From Chthonomonadales bacterium (GTDB lineage Bacteria > Armatimonadota > Chthonomonadetes > Chthonomonadales > CAJBBX01): a stretch of DNA of 64,000 nucleotides. Location of the stretch: assembly GCA_037443035.1 (NCBI GenBank), contig JBBIPC010000017.1, positions 26,060-90,059 of the forward strand, given 5' to 3'. Below, piece by piece: positions 50,570-59,879 of the stretch. Under the pieces are notes generated by a model. That model saw nothing but the letters and a program-made list of their open reading frames with translations. It did no database searches and was not told the origin of the DNA. How positions within the stretch are numbered: the first letter of the stretch is position 1; each line of letters starts with the position of its first letter. The position numbers and the translations under genes are program-made.

Positions 50570-52111
50570 TCACTGTCCAGACACCTGGACGGCGTCCCCA
50601 TCCTGCAGAGAAAGGCTGGGTGCTACAACGATGCGGTCCTGGGGCGTCACACCCCGCAGCACCTCCACCCGAGAGCCTACCGTGCGGCCGAGAACCACTT
50701 CTCTGGACCGTGCTTTGCCATTATCGACAACGAACACGCTGGGGCTGGCACCGTCGTAACGAACGGAGCTATAGGGGATGAGCAGATAGGGCCGGGCATC
50801 CGTACGAATGTCCACGCGGGCTCCCATGCCCGGACGGAGGAGTCTGGGGGATCGACTCCGATTGGTGATCGCCAGCCGGACCGGTACCGTCCGACCGCCG
50901 GTCTCAGTGTAGGCCCCAACCCGGCTGACCCGGGCACTCAAAATCGTGGGCGGATCGGTCCTCACCGTGATGTCTGCTTCTTGGCCGGGGCGTACGGCTG
51001 CGGCTGAGGCTGATGGCACCTGTGCTTCCACATGGACATTCCCGCGCGATACAATGCGCATGATCGGGAAGCCGGGCTGCGCGTATTCGCCGGCATGTGC
51101 ATCCAGCGAGGTTACGACCCCATCCACAGGGCTGGTCAGGCGCCCGTTACCCACGCTCGCGACGGCTTGTGCATACCCAGCACGTGCCTGTCGTAGCTGC
51201 GCATCGGCAGCCGAGATGTCCTGGTCGGCAATCCGCAGCGCCTCGGCGCGGCCCTTCCTCGCGATGGTCAACGCGGCCTCGGCCAACTTCACACCCGCCC
51301 GGGCCGCTTCTACATCTGCCTCACTGACAAGGCCACGACGTTCTGGAGTATCGCCGCCGGCGGCTGCGAGACCTGCCCGGGCAAGCTCGAGTGCCGCCTT
51401 GGCTGTCTCATAGCCGGCTTTCGCGATGGCGGCTTGGGTCCGCGCACCCTCTAGATCCACAGCGGCGACTCCCCCATGGGCATAGAGGTACTCCAGACGC
51501 TTCACTGTGTCTTCCGCCTGGCGAAGTCCTGCTTCCGCCTGTGAGAGCCCTGCTTCGGCCTGTTTGACCCCAGCGCTTGCCTTGGTCGCGTCGGCCCGCG
51601 CCTCCTGGCGCACCAGCGGCAAGCCGAGTTCTGCCTGCCGCAACTTTGCACGCGCGACGGCGAGGTTGCCCTCGGCTTGCGCAATATCCGCCTCCATTTC
51701 GATAGTGCGAGCATCTTTGCCCCGCCGTGCTTTGCGAAGCATAGCCTCGGCTGCTTGGACGCCAGCGCGAGCAGCATCCACCTGGGCGGCAAGATCGCCA
51801 AGGTCCAGAAGCACTAGCTCTTGCCCACGGCGTACGGAGTCGCCCACAGATACGAGGATGCGGAGGATACGGCCGGGGACCTTAGGGCTGATGGCGATCT
51901 GCTCGGGACTGCAGATGGTACCTGCCACGGACAAGAGTCTGAAACGCTGCCCCTCGGTAGCGATCTCGGGCGTGCACGTGTCTACCACGGCGACGACGGA
52001 CGCGACGCGGGCATGGCGTTCGGCTCGCTTCGTGGTTTCGAGACGTCTATTGTATACGACCGCCGCGGTCAGAACGAGCACCATGGCCAGCGCACCCACC
52101 ACCTTCCTCAT
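50570..52111 (-). CDS. RND periplasmic adaptor (membrane fusion protein) with a long coiled coil
   Basis: ISPKVPGRI..ILVSVGDSV, SPVDGVV, LRPGM. Start overlaps the tolC-like stop. Confidence 0.88.
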   Translation of the reverse strand: MRKVVGALAMVLVLTAAVVYNRRLETTKRAERHARVASVVAVVDTCTPEIATEGQRFRLLSVAGTICSPEQIAISPKVPGRILRILVSVGDSVRRGQELVLLDLGDLAAQVDAARAGVQAAEAMLRKARRGKDARTIEMEADIAQAEGNLAVARAKLRQAELGLPLVRQEARADATKASAGVKQAEAGLSQAEAGLRQAEDTVKRLEYLYAHGGVAAVDLEGARTQAAIAKAGYETAKAALELARAGLAAAGGDTPERRGLVSEADVEAARAGVKLAEAALTIARKGRAEALRIADQDISAADAQLRQARAGYAQAVASVGNGRLTSPVDGVVTSLDAHAGEYAQPGFPIMRIVSRGNVHVEAQVPSASAAAVRPGQEADITVRTDPPTILSARVSRVGAYTETGGRTVPVRLAITNRSRSPRLLRPGMGARVDIRTDARPYLLIPYSSVRYDGASPSVFVVDNGKARSREVVLGRTVGSRVEVLRGVTPQDRIVVAPSLSLQDGDAVQVSGQ

Positions 52112-53400
52112 GGAAGCGCGACCTCCAGATCCATGGCGCAGGCATGACGACAATCTAGCAGGGCCGCGTAGAGATCGTTCTTCGCCTTGACCGCTGCAGC
52201 CCGAGCGCGCGTGACAGCCAGGCGCGCCGCCGTAACCTCGAGAAGCGGTGCCGACCTCTGCTCATACCGGAGTACGGAGATCTCGAGCGCTTTTTCGGCA
52301 GCCTTCGCCTGCTGTCCGACGGTGTCCAGCCGAGCACGGGCGGAGCGCACGGCCGCCCAGGCAGACTGGACATCGAGCCTCACACCGGCTTCGGCTTCTT
52401 GGAGCAGTGCCCGCAACTGCTCGAGGCGCGCTCTGGCTACTCCGGTGTCGAGCGCGGTCTTGCCTCCGTCGAGGAGTGGCCATTGTAGCTTGAGTCCCAC
52501 CGCGTACCATCGGCTGTTCGTGAAGGCTGATGGAGTCTGCTGCTGAAAGGAAGCACGGACGGCGATGGATGGCAAGCTCTGCACGCGCGCAAGCGACGTT
52601 CCGGACGCGGCCGCTTCGATCTGCTGACGCAAGAGAACGAGCTCGGGGCGCTGGTTCGACGCGAGCGCGAGTGCCTCGTCCAGAGATGCTGGTATGGCAG
52701 GTTCGGTGTCTGGATACATAACCTCGACTGCGTCCGTCAGGGGCCGGCCGAGAAGCCGATTCAGATTGCCAAGTGCGAGCATCGCTCCGTCCGACGCCTG
52801 GATCAGACCTTCGCGAGCTTCTGCCGATTCCGCTTCTGCTGCAGGAAGATCTCTCGCTGCGGCAAGCCCCGCGTCCACCATCCGGCGAACCATGGCAACA
52901 TGCGCTTCCGCAAGCTCCGCGCCCTCTCGTGCGACACGTTCCATTTCGCGGGCAGTGATAAGGTCGAGGTACGCCTTGGATACGTCCCGGATAAGGTCGT
53001 TTGCGGCTTTGCGCAAGTTCTCTTCGGAGGCGCCCACCAATGCGCGATAACGACGCCACGCGGCCTGAGTGCCTGCTCCGAAGAGGGGCTGCTCGAGTAC
53101 AAGGCCCAGCCGCGAGTACCGATCTGGCAACACCGTGGCATCTTCGGATCCACGCGGAAACGTGACGATCGGGCCCTGGAGAAGCGCCTCGGCCTCCAGG
53201 TTCAGGGTCGGGCGAGCGATGGGTTTGCCCCGTGCCGCCTCAGTGACCGAGGCTGCAAGATCGTAGCGGGCCGCGCGGAATCCCGGGTTCGACCGGAACG
53301 CTTCTCGCACAGCCTCAGCCATCGTCAGACGCGAAGGCGGTGCCGCACTCGCTATGGATCGTGCAACGAGAAGCATGAGAGGGACCATCAGCCACTTCAT
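52108..53400 (-). CDS. TolC-family outer membrane efflux protein
   Basis: Signal peptide, LTMAEAVREA..NP, duplicated OEP repeats, RPEL, LQWPLLDGG. Confidence 0.88.
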   Translation of the reverse strand: MKWLMVPLMLLVARSIASAAPPSRLTMAEAVREAFRSNPGFRAARYDLAASVTEAARGKPIARPTLNLEAEALLQGPIVTFPRGSEDATVLPDRYSRLGLVLEQPLFGAGTQAAWRRYRALVGASEENLRKAANDLIRDVSKAYLDLITAREMERVAREGAELAEAHVAMVRRMVDAGLAAARDLPAAEAESAEAREGLIQASDGAMLALGNLNRLLGRPLTDAVEVMYPDTEPAIPASLDEALALASNQRPELVLLRQQIEAAASGTSLARVQSLPSIAVRASFQQQTPSAFTNSRWYAVGLKLQWPLLDGGKTALDTGVARARLEQLRALLQEAEAGVRLDVQSAWAAVRSARARLDTVGQQAKAAEKALEISVLRYEQRSAPLLEVTAARLAVTRARAAAVKAKNDLYAALLDCRHACAMDLEVALP

Positions 53401-53454
53401 GGCTACAGTACGGGTCCGGAGCGCCGAAGGTGGTGTCGTGTCATGGTAGCAGCA

Positions 53455-53476
53455 AAGGGCGGGAAGTCCCGCCCTT
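53455..53476 (-). terminator. terminator-like hairpin downstream of tRNA-Glu
   Basis: The minus strand reads AAGGGCGGG-actt-CCCGCCCTTT. Confidence 0.6.
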
Positions 53477-53484
53477 CGTTAGGG

Positions 53485-53556
53485 TAGCGCCACGGGGAAT
53501 CGAACCCCGGTTTGAGAGCTGAGAACCCCCTGTCCTGACCTCTAGACGATGGCGCC
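53485..53556 (-). tRNA. tRNA-Glu (anticodon CUC); CCA not encoded
   Basis: Minus strand GGCGCCATCGTCTAGAGGTCAGGACAGGGGGTTCTCAGCTCTCAAACCGGGGTTCGATTCCCCGTGGCGCTA folds as a cloverleaf with a TTCGATT T-loop. Confidence 0.92.
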
Positions 53557-53663
53557 ACGATCACTCCATCGAGCGCATTGTATACCCCACGCAGACGGTA
53601 CGTGTCAACGGCGATTGCGGTGGTGCTATAATCCAGCTGGCCGTGAGCGGCCGTGGAGGACCG

Positions 53664-54182
53664 ATGTTCTTGCAACAAGCGTATGCGCTGATGCGCCGCA
53701 AGACGGTGCAGCAGTTCGCGAAGTTCTGTGTCATCGGCGCGTCCAGTGCCGTCATAGATGTCGGCCTTCTGAATGTCTTCACACAGATCTTGCACTGGCA
53801 CTGGATCCCCTCGCAGGTGCTTTCCTTCTCCCTGGCCGTTACCAACGGTTTTGTATGGAACAACCTCTGGACGTTTCGGGGCATAGCTGGGGCATCAGCC
53901 CGTACGCGATACGCTCGCTTCTACGCCACGAACGTCATCGGTCTCCTCCTCAACCTAGCAGTAATGAAGCTTGTCATGTTCGCGTTGACAGGTAAGCTCA
54001 TCCATCCAGGTAATCCACCAGCCGTTATCCTCAACATCGCTAAGGCGGCGGCCATCATTGTGGTCTCATTCTGGAACTTCGGCGCCAGCAAGTACTGGAC
54101 GTTCCGGCCGCACAGGATGACGGAGGCGGCTGCACCGACCTCTCCGGGTGGCACACTCAGGGAAGGGGACACTGGCCCCTGA
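53664..54182 (+). CDS. GtrA-family membrane protein
   Basis: QFAKFCVIGASSAVID, NGFVWNNLWTF, WNFGASKYWTF; GGAGGA RBS and an extended -10 TGcTATAAT at 53624-53632. Confidence 0.88.
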   Translation: MFLQQAYALMRRKTVQQFAKFCVIGASSAVIDVGLLNVFTQILHWHWIPSQVLSFSLAVTNGFVWNNLWTFRGIAGASARTRYARFYATNVIGLLLNLAVMKLVMFALTGKLIHPGNPPAVILNIAKAAAIIVVSFWNFGASKYWTFRPHRMTEAAAPTSPGGTLREGDTGP

Positions 54183-54189
54183 GATTGGG

Positions 54190-54687
54190 CTAAGGGGTCA
54201 CGCTTCCTACCCCCGATTCGGGGAGCCTGATGCCGGAGCGAGGCGTCTGCTGTAGCTGCCTCTCCAGACGTTCGATCTCTCTACGTGCTTGCGCTTCTAG
54301 AGGATCGGTGGCCGAAGTCTCGCCACTGTACGGAGCCAGACCTCGTTCCCGCACCAGACGGTCTTTCAGAGCATTCAGTCTGGCGGCGGCCTCCTGGGGC
54401 GATGGAGTCGTATGGGCGTTCCACGCGTGCATCAGCAGGAAGAACGCTAGCGTCGCTGCCACCAGTGTGCCGACGAGCAGCGCGATCAGCTGCCACACTC
54501 GCGGCGGACCGACCTGCCTCGGCAATGTCTGCGGCGTAGCTGACGGTGGCAGCTGACCTGCAGACTGAGTCAGCACCTCCTCCGGAGGAGGCAAGGGGCC
54601 ATGACAGCGCCAGCATTGCGGACCACCAAGGAAGTTGTTGGCGCCACAGCGGCCGCAGACGATCCTCCTGGTGTCGCTGTTGCTCAT
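54190..54687 (-). CDS. zinc-ribbon (RanBP2-like) single-pass membrane protein
   Basis: CGRCGANNF....CWRC followed by a Pro-rich linker and a TM helix. Confidence 0.72.
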   Translation of the reverse strand: MSNSDTRRIVCGRCGANNFLGGPQCWRCHGPLPPPEEVLTQSAGQLPPSATPQTLPRQVGPPRVWQLIALLVGTLVAATLAFFLLMHAWNAHTTPSPQEAAARLNALKDRLVRERGLAPYSGETSATDPLEAQARREIERLERQLQQTPRSGIRLPESGVGSVTP

Positions 54688-54697
54688 GCGGTGATAG

Positions 54698-55798
54698 TCA
54701 GCCGTTCACGGCGTGGGCCTCATCGAGCATGGCCAGGTAGTTCTCCACGGGGACGTAGCTGGGGATGGAGTTGCCCGATCCGATGGCGTAGCGTCCACGC
54801 ACACCGCACGTCTCCATCAAGAATCGCGTGTGGCGACGTACGTCCGCACTGGAGGACGCGGAGAGGATGTTGAGGTCCATGCCTCCTAGAACGGCGATCC
54901 TCGCCCCATACACCGCCTGAAAATCCTGCACGGGCCAGATGGCGTCTTCGAAGGAGTGTTTGCCGTCTATGCCCACGTCCTCGATGAGATTTTCCATGAT
55001 GGTCCGCAGGTTGCCGCACGAATGCAGGAAATAGGGGCGCCCGCTCTCGTGAGCGATGGCAGCGAATCTGCGATGCCACGGTAGGCAGTACTCGCGCAGG
55101 GCGTCTGGATGGATGAGCGTCCCCGATCGGAAGCCCATGTCGTCTCCAGGGAAGACTGCCACCAGTCTGTCGAGCGTCACAAGATGTCGGTAGAACTGCT
55201 CCATGAGAGCTCCGATCCGATCAGCAACAGCACGTACCAGATCGGGCTGCTCGTAGAGAGCCAGACTGAGCCCTTCGAGCGACATGATCCACGAAAGATG
55301 CTCGAAGATGCCGCCACCGTGGCACGAAAGGAGACCCATGCCATCGGGTAGGTGAGCGTTCAGATACTCGAAGGGATGAAAGTCGAATTCCTCGATGGTG
55401 GGCCATCTGTACCGCTCGAAGCTCTCCCAGTCCGTGATGGCGCCGGTGTGCTCGTCAGCCCACGCTCGCTGATGTGTGGCATTAGGGGCCGTATCGTCCG
55501 CGAAGAGCCGATGCTCTGCGAAGGCGAATCCCGTTTCGAAACGCACACAGTCGTAGCCCAGACGCAGCCAGAACTGGATGACCATATCGAGGTACCGCTC
55601 GCAGGAGTCACGATCCACCACCGGACCCGGCCACTCTAGACCCAGCAGGTCCTCCACGATGGGCCGCATCACGGTCTCGTCCACAATGTACTCGACGGGA
55701 GGAACGCGTGTCTGACGCGTGCGACCAAGCAGGATGTCCACGAACTCCTGGCCGTCTGGCCTGGGTCGTTGGATAGGAAGGTGGGCATAATCGCGCAT
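54698..55798 (-). CDS. uroporphyrinogen decarboxylase-like (UroD/MtaA-CmuA fold) protein
   Basis: GDDMGF, FLHSCGN, IAVLGGMD, GSGNSI..YVPVENY.AM. Start placed at MRDYAH. Confidence 0.82.
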   Translation of the reverse strand: MRDYAHLPIQRPRPDGQEFVDILLGRTRQTRVPPVEYIVDETVMRPIVEDLLGLEWPGPVVDRDSCERYLDMVIQFWLRLGYDCVRFETGFAFAEHRLFADDTAPNATHQRAWADEHTGAITDWESFERYRWPTIEEFDFHPFEYLNAHLPDGMGLLSCHGGGIFEHLSWIMSLEGLSLALYEQPDLVRAVADRIGALMEQFYRHLVTLDRLVAVFPGDDMGFRSGTLIHPDALREYCLPWHRRFAAIAHESGRPYFLHSCGNLRTIMENLIEDVGIDGKHSFEDAIWPVQDFQAVYGARIAVLGGMDLNILSASSSADVRRHTRFLMETCGVRGRYAIGSGNSIPSYVPVENYLAMLDEAHAVNG

Positions 55799-55799
55799 G

Positions 55800-56978
55800 T
55801 TAGCGTCCTTCTGCTTTCCAGTAGGCTGCCATGGCCGCCTCCCATACGCGCGCGACCGGCGCTGCGCAGGCATCGGCGGCCTTCTTGACGTCATCATACT
55901 CCGGCATGGCCTTCGCTACTGCGTTTCCCCAACGAGCGACCTTCACACGGATCTTCCCGTAGATAGTATCTACTTGCACCCAGTCGCGCGCCATGCACCG
56001 TCGCTGAACATTGCAGGTGCGTACACCGAGGGTGGTTGTCTGCTCGAACAGCAGTGATGCCATCCGATCCACCAACTCCGGAGGACAGAGAACGGTCAGA
56101 AGCACTGCCGGCCGGTTCTTCTTCATTAGGATAGGCTGGGTGTAGACGTCCAGCGCGCCCGCGGTGAACAGACGTTCCATGACCGATTCGTAGAACTGTG
56201 GGGACAGGTCATCGATGTTCGTCTCGACTACGGCAATGGTCTCTCCGCGGGGTTCCTCCACCTCGCCTATCAGCACTCGGAGGAGGTTGGGGCGGTCCGG
56301 CAGTTCCCGGGTTCCGGCGCCGTAGCCTGACGCTGTAACTCGCATGAGCGGCTGAGGTCCGAAGTTGGTGGCTAGAGTTGTGAGAAGGGCGGCGCCGGTG
56401 GGAGTGACCAGTTCGGCTTCCACGTCAACACCGTATGTGGGGATGCCTTTGGTTAGCTCGACGACGGCCGGGGCAGGAAGCGGGATCCTGCCGTGCATGC
56501 AATCTACAAAGCCGCGGCCCATGGGCAAAGGAGAGGCGACGACCTGGTCTACTCCGAGTTGCTCGAGCAGCAAACAGGTTCCGACGATGTCGAGTATCGC
56601 GTCGACGGCGCCGACCTCGTGGAAGTGGAGCGACTGTATGTCCGTTTGGTGAATGTGTGCTTCGGCCTGTGCGAGGTTGCGGAACACAGCGATAGCCGCC
56701 TCTTGTACCTTAGAGGGAAGAGCGGCTTGGGAGATGATCTCCTCGATATGATGAAGGTGGCGTCCGTGGCTCGGATCTTGCGGAGCCTTCAGAACAACGT
56801 GCAGGGCGCCAATGCCGTGGCGGGAGACCGGCTCCACTTCGAGCGACCAGGCGCCGATGTCGAGGCCGCTCAGCGCCTTTTGGAGCTGCTCCGGTGCTAT
56901 ACCACACGCAAGGAGGGCGCCAAGCGCCATGTCCCCGGACACTCCTGAGAAACAGTCGAAATACGCAACGCGAGCCAT
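55800..56978 (-). CDS. larC: nickel insertion protein LarC (nickel-pincer cofactor biosynthesis)
   Basis: YFDCFSGVSGDMALGAL, HFHEVGAVDAILD, ELVTPTGAA, ETNIDD, MKKNRP, TTTLGVR, PEYDD. Confidence 0.92.
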   Translation of the reverse strand: MARVAYFDCFSGVSGDMALGALLACGIAPEQLQKALSGLDIGAWSLEVEPVSRHGIGALHVVLKAPQDPSHGRHLHHIEEIISQAALPSKVQEAAIAVFRNLAQAEAHIHQTDIQSLHFHEVGAVDAILDIVGTCLLLEQLGVDQVVASPLPMGRGFVDCMHGRIPLPAPAVVELTKGIPTYGVDVEAELVTPTGAALLTTLATNFGPQPLMRVTASGYGAGTRELPDRPNLLRVLIGEVEEPRGETIAVVETNIDDLSPQFYESVMERLFTAGALDVYTQPILMKKNRPAVLLTVLCPPELVDRMASLLFEQTTTLGVRTCNVQRRCMARDWVQVDTIYGKIRVKVARWGNAVAKAMPEYDDVKKAADACAAPVARVWEAAMAAYWKAEGR

Positions 56979-57061
56979 GATTCAGTACCTCGGGTAGGTG
57001 GGTGCGGCGGCATCCCTACCGTGGAGAGCGGCTGAGGAGCGCAGTTGGGTACGTGGTTCCA

Positions 57062-58060
57062 TCATCGCTCACCGATGCGTCGGCCGTAGATTGCGACGTC
57101 CGTCTCGACGCCGCTGTCCCGAAGCAGACCGCCCAGCAGACCCTCACGCAGGAAACTGGCATGCGCATAAGCCGCCGCGCGTTCCTCGTCTGTTACCGGC
57201 ACGAACGCGATGTGCTTGCCTTCTCTCCTTGGAAGAGCACCGAGTGCTGCCTCCAGCTTGTACCGATGGAGGCTGTGGGCGAAGGCATCCACGAGCCAGA
57301 CACCGGGCAACGACTTGCCTGTGGATCCGACTTGGAACGGCACCATCGTTGTGCATGCGACCGCGGCGCCTGTCTCCGAGACCGCCACAACGCCCGCCGC
57401 TTCGCCGCGCCGGACCTGCTGCATGAACGCGCAGTAGGCGGACTCCAGGTTGCCTATGGACCGAAGTCCCCATGCCAGGCTGCGGAGCCCTGTGTGGTCC
57501 GTACGGGCACCCAGCATCGCCACGAGGGGCCAATGTTCCCAACGCGCCGCACATATCGTTGCAGGCTCGAGACGGAACCAATCGGCGTCGAATTCGTCCA
57601 TCGGCTCGCGGAGGTACTGCATGAATCCGCCCTCCAACGAGCGGAAGCCGAAGGACTCGTAGATGCGGTAGGCCACACTCTCGAATCCCGTCCCTAGCAG
57701 CAATGCTCGCCCACCCCGGGCCCGGAAGTCCTCCATCAAATGTGTCAGGACCGCTTTGCAAAGACCTCGTTGCCGCTGCTCGACTACCGTGTAGACGTGC
57801 CCGAGAATGCCGACGCCATGCCGCTCCACAGTCATGGCATTGGCAACCGGTACTCCATCCAGGCATGCGAGATACCACCGTGTTTCGAGCGCGTCCGTGT
57901 CACCGTCCAGGGCAAGCCTTAGATGTTCGTCCCAATGACCGCCTTTGTGCGCTAGCAGACTCAGAATGGGCTGACGGTACTCGCTGTCGGGTCCTTCCAC
58001 GAGGACGATGTCTGCGGCGGTGCCGTCCGTCAGGCGAACCGAATCAAGAACGCGGTGCAT
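57062..58060 (-). CDS. GNAT-family N-acetyltransferase, probably two-domain
   Basis: GHVYT...RQRGL acetyl-CoA motif and A.RIYESFGF. Confidence 0.75.
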   Translation of the reverse strand: MHRVLDSVRLTDGTAADIVLVEGPDSEYRQPILSLLAHKGGHWDEHLRLALDGDTDALETRWYLACLDGVPVANAMTVERHGVGILGHVYTVVEQRQRGLCKAVLTHLMEDFRARGGRALLLGTGFESVAYRIYESFGFRSLEGGFMQYLREPMDEFDADWFRLEPATICAARWEHWPLVAMLGARTDHTGLRSLAWGLRSIGNLESAYCAFMQQVRRGEAAGVVAVSETGAAVACTTMVPFQVGSTGKSLPGVWLVDAFAHSLHRYKLEAALGALPRREGKHIAFVPVTDEERAAAYAHASFLREGLLGGLLRDSGVETDVAIYGRRIGER

Positions 58061-58065
58061 AGTGC

Positions 58066-58860
58066 TTACTCGAGAAAGGACAGGTCAGGCCACACGAAAT
58101 GGGGACGCCGCTCCTCTGGAGCCGCCTCAGCCTCCTCCCGCGTGCTGACACCTGTCAGGACCAGGGCAGTCCACGCCCTCAGGCGACGTCCGAGAGCAAC
58201 ATCTGTGTCCAGCCTATCACCAACGACGAGACATTGCTCTGGCGCGCTGCCTGTTCGGTCCAGGATCCACTGCAGTGTGTACGGTTCCGGCTTTCCAATG
58301 GTGCGCGGTTCGACACCGGTGCTGGCGGCCACTGCGGCGACGATGCTCCCACCGCCCGGGAGCGTTCGGCCGCCGGCATCGGGGTAGGTGACGTCCCGAT
58401 TGGTCGCGATGAACGTGGCACCACCTCGGACGACAGCTCCATGGGCCTGGGCCAGTTTCTCGTAGGTGAGACCTCGGTCCCACCCAACGACCACGTAGTC
58501 CACCTTCTCGCCTTCGCGATAGGGGACTACGCGAAGCCCCGCAGCGGTCAGCTCGTCCCGCAAGCCGTCTTCGCCGACCATGACAACGCGCCCGGAAGGT
58601 CTCTCCGCCGCCAGGATCGCGGCCGTCGCCTGGGCGGATGTGACCACCTCATCGCGTGACGCGGCAATGCCAAAGCGGGCCAGCTTCTGCACATAGGAGT
58701 CACGCGTTCTCGACGAATTGTTCGTCAAGAAGAAGACCGCGCATCCAGCACTGCGGCATCGCGCAACAGCTTCGGCAGCGCCAGTGATGGGCTCGTCCAT
58801 CGTCCACAGTACGCCATCCATGTCGAAAACGACTACGCTGCAATCGGCTAGAACTTTCAC
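58066..58860 (-). CDS. HAD-IIA family hydrolase (NagD-like)
   Basis: FDMDGVL, LTNNS, IGKP, VGDRLDTD, VLTGVS. Confidence 0.92.
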   Translation of the reverse strand: MKVLADCSVVVFDMDGVLWTMDEPITGAAEAVARCRSAGCAVFFLTNNSSRTRDSYVQKLARFGIAASRDEVVTSAQATAAILAAERPSGRVVMVGEDGLRDELTAAGLRVVPYREGEKVDYVVVGWDRGLTYEKLAQAHGAVVRGGATFIATNRDVTYPDAGGRTLPGGGSIVAAVAASTGVEPRTIGKPEPYTLQWILDRTGSAPEQCLVVGDRLDTDVALGRRLRAWTALVLTGVSTREEAEAAPEERRPHFVWPDLSFLE

Positions 58861-59879
58861 CGCGTTCGTTCCACAGCGTAGTCTGCCAGTTCGCCGAGCG
58901 CGTCGCGATATGGCGACGGGCGGAGTACAGAGAGAGCGTCTTTGGCCATTCTGGCACGAACGCGAGCGGCTGCCGCCGTCTCATCGAACGCGCGCGCCAA
59001 GCGCAGCGTCTGCACCACCATGGACATCGAATGGTTCGGAAGAGACGCGTCTCCGAATGCCGATAGGAGCATGGCTCTGTGTCCATCGGACATGTTTCTC
59101 AGCCCGAGCAGTAGCGGCAGGGTCGCGCGACCTTCCCGGAGATCATTCCCTACGGGCTTCCCGGTCAGCGCTGGATCTCCTGTGTAATCCAGCAAGTCGT
59201 CGGTGATCTGGAATGCCATGCCGATATTCAGCCCGTAATGCCATAGCGCTTCTTCTTCGTCGGACGAGGCTTCGGCGAGGATGGCTCCGCATCGGCAACA
59301 GCCTGCGATAAACTCCGCCGTTTTCTTGCGGATCAGTTCGAAGTATGCCTCATCCGTAAGGTTGGGGTCTCCGCTGGCGACCATCTGCAGAACTTCGCCC
59401 TCGCTCATCTGGACGGTGACGTCCGCCAGCGTATGGATGAGCCGCATATTCGTCTCGCTGGCGAGCATACTGACTGCTCTAGCGAGAAGATAATCCCCAG
59501 TCAGGACCGCGACACCGTTGCCGAAGACCGCGTTGGCGGTAGCGACCCCGCGGCGGACACGGGTATTGTCCACGACATCGTCGTGAACGAGGGTGGCGGT
59601 GTGGACAAGTTCCATGGCCGTGGCAACTGCAACAAGCCGCCTTGCGTCCACGTGCTCAGATATCGCCCTCGAAGATAGTGCGACGCAGGCCGGCCGGAAG
59701 CGCTTCCCACCGGCAAGGAGAACGTGGCGTCCGACAGCGCCAACTTCGTGGACGGTCGAAGCCGCAGCCTGTTGAAGCTCGTCCTCGACCGCCTGCAGGT
59801 CGGGTCGAACGATTTCGAGGAAAGCTGTCGCACCGTTCTGGATGATGGCGGTGTCGGTCGGCGGAACGGGATGGCTCAC
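58857..59879 (-). CDS. polyprenyl diphosphate synthase (IspB/HepT-like)
   Basis: GGKRFRP, LVHDDVVD...RRG, KTA, FQITDDLLD, GKPVGNDLREG. Confidence 0.93.
   Translation of the reverse strand: MSHPVPPTDTAIIQNGATAFLEIVRPDLQAVEDELQQAAASTVHEVGAVGRHVLLAGGKRFRPACVALSSRAISEHVDARRLVAVATAMELVHTATLVHDDVVDNTRVRRGVATANAVFGNGVAVLTGDYLLARAVSMLASETNMRLIHTLADVTVQMSEGEVLQMVASGDPNLTDEAYFELIRKKTAEFIAGCCRCGAILAEASSDEEEALWHYGLNIGMAFQITDDLLDYTGDPALTGKPVGNDLREGRATLPLLLGLRNMSDGHRAMLLSAFGDASLPNHSMSMVVQTLRLARAFDETAAAARVRARMAKDALSVLRPSPYRDALGELADYAVERTR

Noticed and set aside
42936..53556. Genomic island integrated at the 3' end of tRNA-Glu
   Set aside because: No integrase, no visible duplicate of the tRNA 3' end, and no obvious compositional shift by eye.
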